A stretch of DNA of 64,000 nucleotides, from positions 1 to 64,000 of the forward strand of contig JANOEP010000016.1 of the NCBI GenBank assembly GCA_031441465.1, written 5' to 3'. Each line of letters opens with the position of its first letter. The first letter of the stretch is position 1. The DNA is from a bacterium. Lineage in GTDB: Bacteria > Krumholzibacteriota > Krumholzibacteriia > LZORAL124-64-63. The notes under the pieces were generated by a model. That model was not told the DNA's origin, searched no databases, and worked only from the letters and a program-made list of their open reading frames with translations. This document shows, one piece after another, positions 9,940-20,293 of the stretch. The position numbers were made by a program, and so were the translations under genes.

Positions 9940-11109
9940 CTACCCGCCGATCTCCGTCCCCACCTTCAGCAGGTCCATGTAAGCCCCATAGCTGAACACC
10001 CGATCCCGCTGGCGCCCGCTCGTCTCGACCAGGATGTCCGCGTCACACAACGAATCGACGGCCTTGGTCGCCGTCGGCTTCGTGGTCGCGCAAATCTCCG
10101 TGACCAACTTGATCGTCACCACCGGATGACGCGGCAGCTCCTCGAAAAGCCGTGCGCCGACAACTGTGGCGCGTTGCGACTGCAGGTAGCGCAGGCGATC
10201 CCGGGTAACCAGAGCGAACAGCGATCCGATCAACGCGACAGCCTCGTCGGCGACGACGGCGACGCCTTCGAGGAAATAGGCCAGCCACCCTTCCCAGTCT
10301 CCCTCGGTACGCACGGCTTCCAGGCGGTCGTAGTACTCCCACCGATGGATCTTGAAGAAATGGCTCAGGTAGAGCAGGGGTTCGCTGAGCAGTCCCCAGC
10401 TCTCCAGGCACAGGGCGATCAGCAGCCGTCCGACGCGGCCGTTGCCGTCGAGGTAGGGGTGGATGGTCTCGAACTGCACGTGCACCAGCCCAGAGCGAAT
10501 CAGGGGCGGCAGGGGCGACTCAGCGTGCAGGAACGCCTCCAGGTCACCAAGCAACTCGGACACCCGGTGTGGCGGCGGGGGGATGAAGCGCGCGTTGCCT
10601 GGCCTGGTGCCGCCGATCCAGTTCTGCGATCGGCGCACCGCGCCGGGACTCTTGTTCCGGCCGCGGGTTCCTTTGAGCAGCCGGCGGTGGGTGTCGTTGA
10701 GCAGGCGGATGGACAGGGGCAAGCCTGTGGGCCTGTGCAATTGGGCTCGGGCGTGGTTCAAGGCGTCGAGATAGTTGCAGATCTCCTCGACGTCGTCGGC
10801 CGAGGCGCCGCTTGGGGCGGCGGCTTCGACGGCCAGCAGATCCGCCAGCGAGGCCTGCGTGCCCTCGATTTGCGAACTGATGACCGCTTCCCTGCGCACG
10901 AAGGAGTAGACGAACCAGTCCAGCGACGGGACCATGCCCCCGGCAGCTTCCAGGAGTGTCAGGGCCGACTCGGCCGCCTGCAGGCGGTCAGCGAGAACTC
11001 CGGCGATGACCAGGGCAGGGCGCTTCGGCGGCAGGGCATGAGGGACGAACGCGCGGACGGTCTCGCCGGCCACGGTTGTCGATTCGTAGGTTCCGGTGGT
11101 TCGCGGCAC
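9940..11109 (-). CDS. Fic family protein with N-terminal inhibitory motif and C-terminal HTH
   Basis: HPYLDGNGRVGR Fic motif; SSQIEG motif; GTG start with GGGGAG RBS. Confidence 0.92.
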   Translation of the reverse strand: MPRTTGTYESTTVAGETVRAFVPHALPPKRPALVIAGVLADRLQAAESALTLLEAAGGMVPSLDWFVYSFVRREAVISSQIEGTQASLADLLAVEAAAPSGASADDVEEICNYLDALNHARAQLHRPTGLPLSIRLLNDTHRRLLKGTRGRNKSPGAVRRSQNWIGGTRPGNARFIPPPPHRVSELLGDLEAFLHAESPLPPLIRSGLVHVQFETIHPYLDGNGRVGRLLIALCLESWGLLSEPLLYLSHFFKIHRWEYYDRLEAVRTEGDWEGWLAYFLEGVAVVADEAVALIGSLFALVTRDRLRYLQSQRATVVGARLFEELPRHPVVTIKLVTEICATTKPTATKAVDSLCDADILVETSGRQRDRVFSYGAYMDLLKVGTEIGG

Positions 11110-11467
11110 GGGCTCCCCTTTGGCTAGGAAAGGATTGTTGCATAACTTGCGCCGGTAGTAAAGCATTCTTTCTTTGTCCGCAGGCTTGGTAAAGAGAAGG
11201 GTTCGAGGGGGGACGTGCCGGGGGAGCCAATCCTTTTCCAGCGGAATTCGACATACCTTCCGGTTAGCGGCGTGGCCCGGGGCGAGAGCTTTCGGGCTTT
11301 TCGTTTATTTGCAAGTCTGGCAACGGATTGAGCGGTTTTCGCGGGGGGACTGGATTCTCTGGTTTGGGAGGGAGAGTTTGGGGGTCGGTGGGAACCGTTA
11401 GGGGTCACGATTGGACCCCGTAGGGGGGTGGCAAAACTCTCCGAATCTCCGTTTCACAACCCTCTCT

Positions 11468-11705
11468 GATTTAGCGCAGGGGTGCGGATCGATTGCCGAT
11501 CGTAACAGTCATCAAGAAATGGGACCACTCGCTGCTGTGCCGAAGCTGCCGCTAGCTTCTTCGCATGAATTCCCAGCCTGAGGAGCCGGATGCGGGAATT
11601 CCGCGCGTCCGGATCTGTGGGGGAGGCGACTTCCCTGGCCTACCCGACTGTTCGACACCGTTCTCCGATTTAGCGCTCGGCGTGCGGCACCGCCCCGATC
11701 GTAAC
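11468..11705. repeat. Two 39-bp imperfect direct repeats (11468-11506, 11667-11705)
   Basis: Both read GATTTAGCGC-N18-CCGATCGTAAC, 199 bp apart. Confidence 0.7.
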
Positions 11706-11776
11706 CGTCTTGCCTGGTGACGCATCTGTGGCCGTGACAGGATCGACAGTGCTACAGCTCATGTCTCACGACCATC

Positions 11777-13984
11777 TCACAGCCTCGCGTTCCGCAGCCG
11801 CAAGGCGTTGCCGATGACCGAGACGGAACTCAGGCTCATGGCGGCCCCGGCGATGATCGGGCTGAGCAGCAGGCCGAAGAACGGGTACAGCACTCCGGCC
11901 GCCACCGGAATGCCCAGCACGTTGTAGAGAAAGGCGAACATCAGGTTCTGCCGGATATTCCGCATGGTGGCGTGACTGAGGCGGATGGCCTTGGCGATGC
12001 CGAGCAGGTCGCCCTTGACGAGAGTAATGCCCGCGCTCTGCATGGCCACGTCAGTGCCGGTACCCATGGCAATGCCGACATCGGCCTCGCTGAGGGCCGG
12101 GGCATCGTTGATGCCGTCGCCGGCCATCGCTACATGCCCGCCCTCTGCATGCAGTTTCTTCACGTACGCGACCTTGCCGGCGGGTTCGATCTCCGCCTCC
12201 ACCGCATCGAGACCGAGCGTGCCGGCCACAGCGTCGGCCGTACGGCGGTTGTCGCCCGTGAGCATGATCAGCTTCAGCCCGAGCGCGTGGAGCTCGCGGA
12301 CCGCCTCGGCGGTCGTGGACTTGAGTGGGTCGGCGACGGCGAGAACGCCAGCCGGCCGGTTATCGACAGCGACAAACATCGCAGTCTTGCCCTCTTCCTG
12401 GAGCCGGACAGCCTTGGCCTCCAGGGGCTCCAGGTCAGCGATCTTCCCGTTCCGCAGGAATTCAGGTTTGCCGATCATCACCGCGCGGCCGCCGACGGTG
12501 CCCATGACGCCTCCCGCCGTCACCGACCGGAAGTCCTGCACGGGCTGGAGATCGGCGTTTTGCTCCTTCGCGCCCTGCACGATCGCGGCCGCGAGCGGAT
12601 GCTCGCTGTTCTGTTCCAGGGAGCCGGCCAGGCGCAGGAGTGCCTTCGCGTCGAACCCGCCGACGGGCAGGACGTCGATGAGCCTGGGCTTGCCCTCTGT
12701 GAGGGTGCCCGTCTTGTCCACGACGAGAGTGGTGACCTTCTCCAGCCGCTCGAGCGCCTCGGCGTTCTTCACGAGAACGCCCGCCTGCGCTCCGCGTCCG
12801 ACGCCGACCATGATCGAGATGGGCGTTGCCAGGCCGAGCGCGCACGGACAGGCGATGATCAGGACCGCGACGGCGTTGACGATGGCGTGCGCGAGCTTCG
12901 GCTCCGGCCCGAGCCACATCCAGCAGGCGAAGGTGAGCACCGACACTGCTAGCACCACCGGCACGAAGATGCCCGCGACCCGGTCGGCCAGTCCCTGAAT
13001 GGGAGCCCGGCTGCGCTGGGCCTCGGCGACCATGTTCACGATCTGCCCGAGCAGCGTGTCGGCGCCGACCCGCTCAGCACGCATGACAAAACTGCCGGAG
13101 CCATTGACGGTCCCCCCCGTCACCTTGTCGCCGACTGACTTCTCCACCGGGAGCGGCTCCCCGGTGATCATGGACTCTTCCACGCTGGAGTGCCCCTCGA
13201 CCACCGCGCCATCGACGGGCACCTTGTCGCCCGGAACGACCCGCAACCAGTCGCCGACCTTCACGTGGTCGAGCGGAACCTCGTGGTCCCCCCCGGGGGC
13301 GACCTGGCGCGCCGTGGGAGGGGCAAGGTTCAGCAGCGCCTTGATGGCGCTGCCCGTGCGGCTGCGGGCGCGCAGTTCCAGCACCTGACCGAGGAGCACG
13401 AGTACGACGATCACCGCCGCGGCCTCGAAGTAGATGGCGACCTTGCCCTCATGTCCCATCGACTGGGGGAATAGCTGGGGCACGAGCACCGCCACGACGC
13501 TGAAGACGTATGACGCGCCTACGCCGATGGCGATCAGCGTGAACATGTTCAGGTGACGCGTCACGACCGAGCGCCAGGCCCGCTCGAAGAACGGCCAACC
13601 CGCCCACCACACCACGGGTGTCGTGAGTATCAACTGCGTCCAGCGGGAGGCCTGGCCGTCCGCCCGAAACGACTTGGCGAGCGCCGGGACCTGATGGGAC
13701 ATCGCGAGAACAAGAACCGGCAGCGCGAGCGCGGCGCCGATCCAGAAACGCCTGGTCATGTCGCGGAGCTCGGCGTTGTCCTCACCACCCGCATCAGCCG
13801 TCGCTGTCCTCGGCTCCAGGGTCATGCCGCACTTCGGGCAGTTGCCGGGATGATCCTGCTGCACTTCGGGATGCATCGGGCAGGTGTAGAGCGGGTGGCC
13901 GGAAGCGGGTGCGCTCCCGGCTGGACCGGGTGCGTCGGCATCCGCATTGCGCGCGGTGCCTGGGGATGGCGCCTTGCTTGACAT
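11777..13984 (-). CDS. copA: Copper-translocating P1B-type ATPase
   Basis: YTCPMHP heavy-metal domain, [26 protein letters not shown]...MSLSS. Confidence 0.95.
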   Translation of the reverse strand: MSSKAPSPGTARNADADAPGPAGSAPASGHPLYTCPMHPEVQQDHPGNCPKCGMTLEPRTATADAGGEDNAELRDMTRRFWIGAALALPVLVLAMSHQVPALAKSFRADGQASRWTQLILTTPVVWWAGWPFFERAWRSVVTRHLNMFTLIAIGVGASYVFSVVAVLVPQLFPQSMGHEGKVAIYFEAAAVIVVLVLLGQVLELRARSRTGSAIKALLNLAPPTARQVAPGGDHEVPLDHVKVGDWLRVVPGDKVPVDGAVVEGHSSVEESMITGEPLPVEKSVGDKVTGGTVNGSGSFVMRAERVGADTLLGQIVNMVAEAQRSRAPIQGLADRVAGIFVPVVLAVSVLTFACWMWLGPEPKLAHAIVNAVAVLIIACPCALGLATPISIMVGVGRGAQAGVLVKNAEALERLEKVTTLVVDKTGTLTEGKPRLIDVLPVGGFDAKALLRLAGSLEQNSEHPLAAAIVQGAKEQNADLQPVQDFRSVTAGGVMGTVGGRAVMIGKPEFLRNGKIADLEPLEAKAVRLQEEGKTAMFVAVDNRPAGVLAVADPLKSTTAEAVRELHALGLKLIMLTGDNRRTADAVAGTLGLDAVEAEIEPAGKVAYVKKLHAEGGHVAMAGDGINDAPALSEADVGIAMGTGTDVAMQSAGITLVKGDLLGIAKAIRLSHATMRNIRQNLMFAFLYNVLGIPVAAGVLYPFFGLLLSPIIAGAAMSLSSVSVIGNALRLRNARL

Positions 13985-14118
13985 GCAGCAGTGCTCCTTT
14001 GGGCATCAGCTGTGGAAAAGACGATACACCGACGCACCGGCACACCTGGGCCGATGCCGCGGATCGTGCGGATCGTAACCCGGGTCGCCCGGGAGTGAAA
14101 CGACCAGGCGCCGGGCCG

Positions 14119-14310
14119 CTACCCGCAGCAGCCGCCCGACTTGCCCGCGGACTTTGCACCGGCTGGCGCGGACAGGAACTTGTCCCGACAATGGTCGCTG
14201 CAGAAGTAGAAGGTCTCGCCGTCACGCGTTGCCTTCTGGGCGGTATTCACGTTCACGGTCATTCCGCAGATGGGGTCTCTGGTTGTGGAGTTCTGTTCAT
14301 TCGTAGCCAT
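14119..14310 (-). CDS. YHS-domain protein (putative copper chaperone)
   Basis: DPICGM...TFYFCSDHC, C-terminal GGCCG; AGGAG RBS; next to copA. Confidence 0.85.
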   Translation of the reverse strand: MATNEQNSTTRDPICGMTVNVNTAQKATRDGETFYFCSDHCRDKFLSAPAGAKSAGKSGGCCG

Positions 14311-14339
14311 GTTGCTCTCCTTGCTGCTGCGTGGGAAAC

Positions 14340-14420
14340 CTAGTTGCGGGCCCCCAGCATGACGTAGTTGGCAAAGTCGACGTTCAACTTCGCCATGAGC
14401 GTGGCCTTGACATCGATCTC
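14340..14420 (-). pseudogene. DUF302-family gene fragment
   Basis: EIDVKATLMAKLNVDFANYVMLGARN* matches the DUF302 core (usually ...ILGACNP); no N-terminus, early stop. Confidence 0.6.
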
Positions 14421-14452
14421 CGGACTCAATGTCCAATATATGTCCGAACTTC

Positions 14453-14572
14453 CTATCTGCGCCTCTTCGCCAGAAACCAGACCAGCAGGATCAGGAGCGC
14501 AATGCCACCGACCCACCAGAGTACCATCCATCCGCCCTGCCCGTAGCTGTGCATGTCGTTCATGTCGCCCAT
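14453..14572 (-). CDS. Small Met/His-rich single-pass membrane peptide
   Basis: MGDMNDMHSYGQGGW plus a TM helix and basic tail, as often seen in copper loci. Confidence 0.5.
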   Translation of the reverse strand: MGDMNDMHSYGQGGWMVLWWVGGIALLILLVWFLAKRRR

Positions 14573-14939
14573 GACTGATCCCTTCGTCAGGGCATCGGGT
14601 TGGCCGGGAATCGACGTCCCGCTTGCGAATGCTGTCAGGATCAAGCAAGCCGCACGCCACGGCAGGAGCGCCAGTTAACTGATCGATGTGGTATGAGATA
14701 GCCTCTCGCGACGACCGTCGCATCCAATCATTGTGATACCGCCTCCATCATTCCGATGAGTCGCGACAATCACCGAGTCCCTGTCTCTAATCAATATTCC
14801 ATCTGCCAGCAGCATTCAGCCTCGATACTGTCAGAATTTTTCGAAAACTGAGTGATACGGACTGAAGTGAACCGATCATCGGGCCGGACGACGATGGATC
14901 ATGAGATGTTCAGTGCTGAAACATATAATATTACGCGAC

Positions 14940-15059
14940 TCAGCATTGGCTAGGCATGCTAACCCTACGACAAGGCTGTCGCAGTGCCAGGTTCTCCAGC
15001 GCGATGGTGCGGTGTCTCCGCAAGGGAGACAGCAGGAGGCGAAGAAGGAGGATGAACAT
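14940..15059 (-). pseudogene. Truncated 5' remnant of an rve integrase related to 8795-9814
   Basis: MFILLLRLLLSPLRRHRTIALENLALRQ, then unrelated sequence and a stop; TGTGTTG left-end-like motif at ~15117. Confidence 0.75.
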
Positions 15060-15188
15060 GATGTCCGGGGATATCGGCTGAAAGGGCAGATTTTGAACTG
15101 AGAATCACAGCAACACATTGCTGCGATGTATGTCGATTCTCAACAATAAACCTTGCAAAAATAAACAGCTACCTTAATAATGATTGAT

Positions 15189-16415
15189 ATGAAACGAGGC
15201 GCGCAAACCCTACTGGAAGAGTATCTGACGCTGTTCCCCTGCGTGGCGATCGTCGGCCCCCGCCAGTGCGGCAAGACGACGCTGCTGGGGAGCCTGGATG
15301 AGTCCTGGCGCGTGTTCGACCTTGAGCGCGGCGGCGACTTCCAGGCTGTTGTCGATGACCCCGACCTGTTCTTGAGTCTGCACCCGGGCAAAGTCGCCGT
15401 CGATGAAGCCCAGATCCTGCCCGCGCTGTTTCCGGCGCTGCGCGTCGCCATCGACGCCGATCGCGGCACCACCGGGCGTTACATCGTCACCGGCTCGAGC
15501 TCGCCTGAACTTGCCCGTGCCATCACGGAATCGCTGGCCGGGCGCGTCGGCATCATCGAATTGGCGCCGCTCAGCTGGTCTGAGGTGAAGCCGTCAGCCG
15601 GACCAGGCGTGATCGCCCTGTTGCTCGACCCGGCCGTGACCGCTGCCGATCTTGTCGCGAATGGCAGCGCGCGCGGCGACCTCAAGGCGCTCACCGATTT
15701 CTGGTTCAAAGGCGGTTATCCCGAGCCGTGGCTGCGCAACGACCGGCGATTCCGCGAGACCTGGATGGACCAGTACGTCCGCGCCTATGTGCTGCGCGAC
15801 GTGGCCCGGCTGTTTCCGGGCCTGAATCAAGAGAAGTTCCGGACCTTTGCCCGCATGCTGGGTGGCCTGTCCGGGCGCGCGGTCAACCAGGCCGAGGTTG
15901 CCCGCGCGCTGGGCGTGTCATCGCCGACGGTGCGCGACTATTTCGAGATTGCCGAGGGCACCTATCTTTGGCGCTCGCTGCCCGCCTTCACGCGCAATGT
16001 CACCAAACGTGTGGTCAAGCATGCCAAGGGCTACTTGCGCGACAGCGGCCTTGGCCACCACGCTCTGCGTGTGCCCGACGTGACCGCGCTGCTTTCCCAT
16101 CCCCAGGCCGGCGCCTCCTGGGAAGGCATGGTCGTGGAAGAGATCTGCCGCCAGTTGGGCCAGCGCGGCATCGGCTTCGATGCGTACCACTACCGCACGG
16201 GTGGCGGCGCCGATGTCGACCTTGTCATTGAGGGCATGTTCGGGCTCGTGGCGGTGGAGATCAAGTTGGGCCAGCGGGTGCGAGCGCAGGAACTGCGCGG
16301 TTTCCGGGAGTTTGTCGCGGATCACCGTTGCCGGTTCGGCATCGTGTTCAGCAACGAAGAAAAGCCGCGGTTGCTGGACGTGAACATCGCAAGTCTGCCG
16401 GTGCGATACCTGTAG
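15189..16415 (+). CDS. AAA+ ATPase with DUF4143 domain
   Basis: GPRQCGKTT, VAVDEAQ, TGSS, GGYP, YLRDSG, DVDLVIE..AVEIK nuclease-like tail. Confidence 0.9.
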   Translation: MKRGAQTLLEEYLTLFPCVAIVGPRQCGKTTLLGSLDESWRVFDLERGGDFQAVVDDPDLFLSLHPGKVAVDEAQILPALFPALRVAIDADRGTTGRYIVTGSSSPELARAITESLAGRVGIIELAPLSWSEVKPSAGPGVIALLLDPAVTAADLVANGSARGDLKALTDFWFKGGYPEPWLRNDRRFRETWMDQYVRAYVLRDVARLFPGLNQEKFRTFARMLGGLSGRAVNQAEVARALGVSSPTVRDYFEIAEGTYLWRSLPAFTRNVTKRVVKHAKGYLRDSGLGHHALRVPDVTALLSHPQAGASWEGMVVEEICRQLGQRGIGFDAYHYRTGGGADVDLVIEGMFGLVAVEIKLGQRVRAQELRGFREFVADHRCRFGIVFSNEEKPRLLDVNIASLPVRYL

Positions 16416-16808
16416 GTTGACATCAGACTGATGCCCGCTGCCCTCACCACCGACACCGGCGCGTTCTCTGCCCTGTTGAAGGCGCCGAAGCGGAAGCTGG
16501 ATTTAGCCACTGATCGACTCCGGTATCGCTGGAGTGAAACTGGATCTCTTGATCACTTGCGCCTCTTCAATATCCCGTCCGATCTGGTATATCATCAGTT
16601 TCCGACCGCACCTTTCGACCGGCGCCGACAACATTCACCTTGCTAGGAATTAGGCCGCTGACTAGCTTTGCTCAACGACCGCCGCAATGGGCATACCGCT
16701 TTGATTGACAGCCGTTTGCCGTGGCGGACAGGCGCTTTCACCAGGACCTCGATCGCCTTTGCCGGACCGCTTTTCGCGACCGGCTTAGCGAGGGAGGGGC
16801 GCGGAGCC

Positions 16809-17348
16809 ATGGCCAGCGAAGCTCAGACCCGCTACAAGATGGTCAACGTCCGGACCGGGCACGTCATCATGGAGCATGACGTCTTGAGTCACGCGGCTCG
16901 TTCCTACTTCTGTGACGAACCCATCCCGCCGCGCGAGGATTATCGCGAAGGAGAGCATCGCTGGCGCTACGCAGGCATGGCGCAGTCCTTCCAGTTCGAC
17001 ATCCTCGATGAGCGGACGGGCGTGACCGTCCCGCTGCGGGAGATGCTCGGCCTCGTCTACTACGCCAACGCCAAGCCTGACAGCACCCTGCACCGCCTGG
17101 GCACGGTCGCGCACGAAAATGGGATCTCGGTTTACGCGGCCGTCGCCTACGAGAATCCGGACGGGTCGGTGCGCGTGCTGGACGGCGAGAAGGTGCGGTT
17201 GCTCAACGCGCTGTTCAACGATCGTTTGCACACGCCCGGCAAGAAGGTCCTGATCTTGCCGGATCTCTTCGATATCTACCGCACGGTGTCCTATGGGGAC
17301 ATCATGATCGACTTCGGCCTGTCGTCGATGGAACCGGACGAGGTCTAG
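16809..17348 (+). CDS. Hypothetical protein, first gene of the redox operon
   Basis: 179 aa with RBS and host-like codon usage; 25 bp before the DRTGG gene. Confidence 0.7.
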   Translation: MASEAQTRYKMVNVRTGHVIMEHDVLSHAARSYFCDEPIPPREDYREGEHRWRYAGMAQSFQFDILDERTGVTVPLREMLGLVYYANAKPDSTLHRLGTVAHENGISVYAAVAYENPDGSVRVLDGEKVRLLNALFNDRLHTPGKKVLILPDLFDIYRTVSYGDIMIDFGLSSMEPDEV

Positions 17349-17373
17349 ACTCGCCAATTCAAGGAGCCCGAGC

Positions 17374-17703
17374 ATGAAACTGTCGGTCCTCGCGGAGAAG
17401 CTGGCGCTCAAGCCCGTCACCGAGATGTTTGATAAGGAGATCTCCGGCGTCTACATCTCCGACATGGTGAGCGACGTGATCGCCAACGCGAAACCGGGCG
17501 ACCTGCTGGTGACGGTGCAGATCCACAACAACGTGATCGCCGCCGCCAACCTCGTCGACATCGCGGGCATCGTGGTCACCCAGGGCAAGCTGCCGTCGGA
17601 AGACGTCAGGAAGATGGCCGAGAAGGCGCAGATTCCGATCTTCTCGACCGATCTGAGCCGCTGGCAGGTTACGACCATGCTGTACGAAGCCGGGGTGCGC
17701 TGA
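17374..17703 (+). CDS. DRTGG-domain protein
   Basis: YISDMVSDVIANAKPGDLLVT...AAANLVDIAGIV. Confidence 0.85.
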   Translation: MKLSVLAEKLALKPVTEMFDKEISGVYISDMVSDVIANAKPGDLLVTVQIHNNVIAAANLVDIAGIVVTQGKLPSEDVRKMAEKAQIPIFSTDLSRWQVTTMLYEAGVR

Positions 17704-17731
17704 CCCGCTGCCAATCCCGGGAGTCGCCGAG

Positions 17732-18085
17732 ATGCTGATGCAGGAACTGGTCGACCTCCTGAAGTGCCAGGTGATCCTGGGGGCTGAGTTCATGGCGGGC
17801 CTGGAAGTGACGGCCTGCTTCGCGGCCGACCTCATGAGCGACGTGTTGGCGTTCTCCCACCCCGGCTCCCTGCTGATCACGGGCCTCGCGACCATCCAGT
17901 CGGCCCACACCGCCGACGTCGCCGACCTCGCCGGCATCCTCTTCGTCGGCGGCAAGACACCGGACGAGCCCGTCATCGCCCTCGTCCGCAACCAGCGCAT
18001 CCCCCTGCTGACGACGGAGCTGTCGATGCTCGAGGTGTGCAGCCGTCTGCGCGCCGGCGGCCTGGAACCGGGAGGGCGGCCGTGA
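17732..18085 (+). CDS. DRTGG-domain protein
   Basis: FAADLMSDVLAF...LLITGL...TADVAD. Confidence 0.85.
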   Translation: MLMQELVDLLKCQVILGAEFMAGLEVTACFAADLMSDVLAFSHPGSLLITGLATIQSAHTADVADLAGILFVGGKTPDEPVIALVRNQRIPLLTTELSMLEVCSRLRAGGLEPGGRP

Positions 18086-18561
18086 ACGAGAGCCGCTGGA
18101 GCACCGGCGAGCCGCGCGTGCCCTGGGAGGGCGCGGAGATCCTCTACAGCGAGAGTTTCCAGATCGTCGGCGACGATTTCGAACACGGCGGCGAGGCGGC
18201 CTCGAAGATCAAGGCGATGCTCAAGCAGTTCGGCCTGGACACCACCGTCATCCGCCGCCTGTCGATCGCCAATTTCGAGGCGGAGATGAACGTCATCATG
18301 TACGCGCGCGAGGCCGAGATGCAGCTGCAGGTGTTGCCGACCGCGGTGCGCGTGATCCTGTCCGACCGCGGCCAGGGCATTCCCGACATCGGGCAGGCCC
18401 TTCAGGAAGGCTACTCCACGGCCACGCCGCAGATGCGCCAGCGCGGTTTCGGCGCCGGCCTGGGGCTGCCCAACATCAAGCGCAACACCGACGAGTTCGA
18501 GATCATCTCGACGCCGGGCGTGGGGACAACCCTGCGTTACACCATCCACCTTCAGAGTTGA
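18082..18561 (+). CDS. Anti-sigma-factor-type Ser/Thr kinase (RsbT-like HATPase)
   Basis: EAEMNV N-box, DRGQGIPD, GYSTA, GFGAGLGLPNIKR; GTGA overlap with previous gene. Confidence 0.88.
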   Translation: MNESRWSTGEPRVPWEGAEILYSESFQIVGDDFEHGGEAASKIKAMLKQFGLDTTVIRRLSIANFEAEMNVIMYAREAEMQLQVLPTAVRVILSDRGQGIPDIGQALQEGYSTATPQMRQRGFGAGLGLPNIKRNTDEFEIISTPGVGTTLRYTIHLQS

Positions 18562-19856
18562 ACCAGATGGTCGCCCGCGAACCGTCCATCCTCTTCGACG
18601 CGGCCCGGTGCGTGGGCTGTGTCGCCTGCAGCCAGGTCTGCCCGACGAGGGCGATCCGCGTCGCCGGCGGCTGCGCGGTCGTCAAGCCGGAACTGTGCAT
18701 CGACTGCGACGCGTGCATCGGCGTTTGCCGCTACGACGCGGTGCGGGCCCGGCTGTCGTCCCCCGCCGATCTCGCGCGTTTCAAGTACAAGGTCGCCATC
18801 CCGTCGATGACCCTGTACGCCCAGTTCGGTCGCGACATCCACCCGAGCCAGGTGCTCCACGGCCTGACCCGCCTCGGGTTCGACCGGGCCTACGACATGT
18901 CGTGGATGAACGAGATGGTCGCCGGCGCCATCGACGCCTCGTTCAGCGAAGCGGTCGGTCCGTGGCCGAAGATCTCGGTCACCTGCCCGGCGATCGTGCG
19001 CCTGGTGCAGGTCCGCTACCCGGACCTGCTCGACAATCTGGTCCAGATCGAAACCCCGCGGGAACTGGCCGCCAAGGTGTTGCGCCGGCGGGTCGCCGCC
19101 GAGCAGCAACTCCAGCCGCAGGACATCGGGATCTTCTTCATCACCCCCTGCACGGCGATCATGAACTCGATCGTGGCGCCCGTCGGCCTGGAGCAGTCCA
19201 ACCTCGACGGCGCCTTCGCGATCAGCGAGATCTGCGGTCCGTTGCTGAAGGCCATGAAACTCGGCGGGGCGGAGGAACGCGACGATCAGATCAGCCGCGC
19301 CGGGATCAGGTGGGCGATGTCCGGCGGCGGGCTGATGGGCATGCGCAACACCAACACGATGTCGGTCCACAGCTTGCGCGACGTCCAGTATGTCTTCGAC
19401 CATCTCGAGGCCGGCAAGTTCCAGAGCGTCGACCTGATCGAGGCCTACATCTGTCCGGACGGCTGCATCAGCGGCGGCTTGACGATCGAAGGCCGTTACG
19501 CGGCCGGACGCAACCTGGAGCACATCGGCCGCCGGCTGGGAACCCAGAGCCTGTTCAAAGAAGAAAAGGTGCGCTCGCTGATGCGGGAGCACTTCTTTGA
19601 CCTCGAGGAAGAGATCAAGGCGCGCGCCGTCCGGCCGGTCGCCCAGGATCTGCGGCGGGCGATCGCGCTCGAGCGCGAGCGGCAGGAGCTGCTCGCCCGG
19701 TTGCCCAAGAAGGACTGTGCCGCCTGTGGCGCTCCCGACTGCGCCACGCTGGTGGAAGACGCCTTGCGCAACGAGGCGAAAATCGACGACTGCATCTTCC
19801 TGCGGCTGGCCCGCTGCGAAGAAGCCGCCGCCAAGCGAGGGGAGGGCTCTCCATGA
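18558..19856 (+). CDS. [FeFe]-hydrogenase-like Fe-S protein with degenerate H-cluster motifs (putative sensor)
   Basis: N-terminal 2x[4Fe-4S]; SVTCPA, ITPCTAI, EAYICPDGCISGG; C-terminal LPKKDCAACGAPDC FeS domain; alternative start ATG 18567. Confidence 0.85.
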   Translation: MNQMVAREPSILFDAARCVGCVACSQVCPTRAIRVAGGCAVVKPELCIDCDACIGVCRYDAVRARLSSPADLARFKYKVAIPSMTLYAQFGRDIHPSQVLHGLTRLGFDRAYDMSWMNEMVAGAIDASFSEAVGPWPKISVTCPAIVRLVQVRYPDLLDNLVQIETPRELAAKVLRRRVAAEQQLQPQDIGIFFITPCTAIMNSIVAPVGLEQSNLDGAFAISEICGPLLKAMKLGGAEERDDQISRAGIRWAMSGGGLMGMRNTNTMSVHSLRDVQYVFDHLEAGKFQSVDLIEAYICPDGCISGGLTIEGRYAAGRNLEHIGRRLGTQSLFKEEKVRSLMREHFFDLEEEIKARAVRPVAQDLRRAIALERERQELLARLPKKDCAACGAPDCATLVEDALRNEAKIDDCIFLRLARCEEAAAKRGEGSP

Positions 19857-20254
19857 GCAAACAGATGCTGATCCTGGACACGAGCTGTCCGCAGTGCGCG
19901 GCCCTGCTGACGGAAGGCGGCAAGATCCCGCTGAACGCCTTCGTGCACGACACGCACCAGGAAGGCGAGATGCGCCTCAGCGCGCTGTTCGGGGATTACT
20001 CCGTCGAGACGGAGCTGGAGCTGCCGCCCGGATCGGTCGTGGAATTCCGCTGCCCGCGCTGCGAGGCCAGCCTCACCCTGCCTCTGGCCTGCAAGCTCTG
20101 CGGCGCGCCCATGACGTCGCTGAACCTCGTCAAGGGCGGCTACGTCGAGTTCTGTTGCCGGCGGGGGTGCCAGGGTCACGCGCTCGGCGGCATCGGCGAC
20201 ATCGACCACATGATGTCGCTCATGAACCGGATGTTCGAGACACCCTACGACTAG
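19853..20254 (+). CDS. Cys-rich zinc-ribbon-like hypothetical protein
   Basis: CPQC, CPRC, CKLC, CCRRGC..H; ATGA-coupled to previous gene. Confidence 0.75.
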   Translation: MSKQMLILDTSCPQCAALLTEGGKIPLNAFVHDTHQEGEMRLSALFGDYSVETELELPPGSVVEFRCPRCEASLTLPLACKLCGAPMTSLNLVKGGYVEFCCRRGCQGHALGGIGDIDHMMSLMNRMFETPYD

Positions 20255-20293
20255 ACCACGAGCGACAAGAATACGAATGAGGAGACGAGGGCG

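Noticed and set aside
11370..11445. Integron attC site (nested inverted repeats GGAGAGTTT/AAACTCTCC, GGGGTC/GACCCC)
   Set aside because: No proper RYYYAAC...GTTRRRY pair, no intI, no cassette array
11468..11705. Mini CRISPR array
   Set aside because: Only two copies, divergent middles, 160-bp gap, no cas genes
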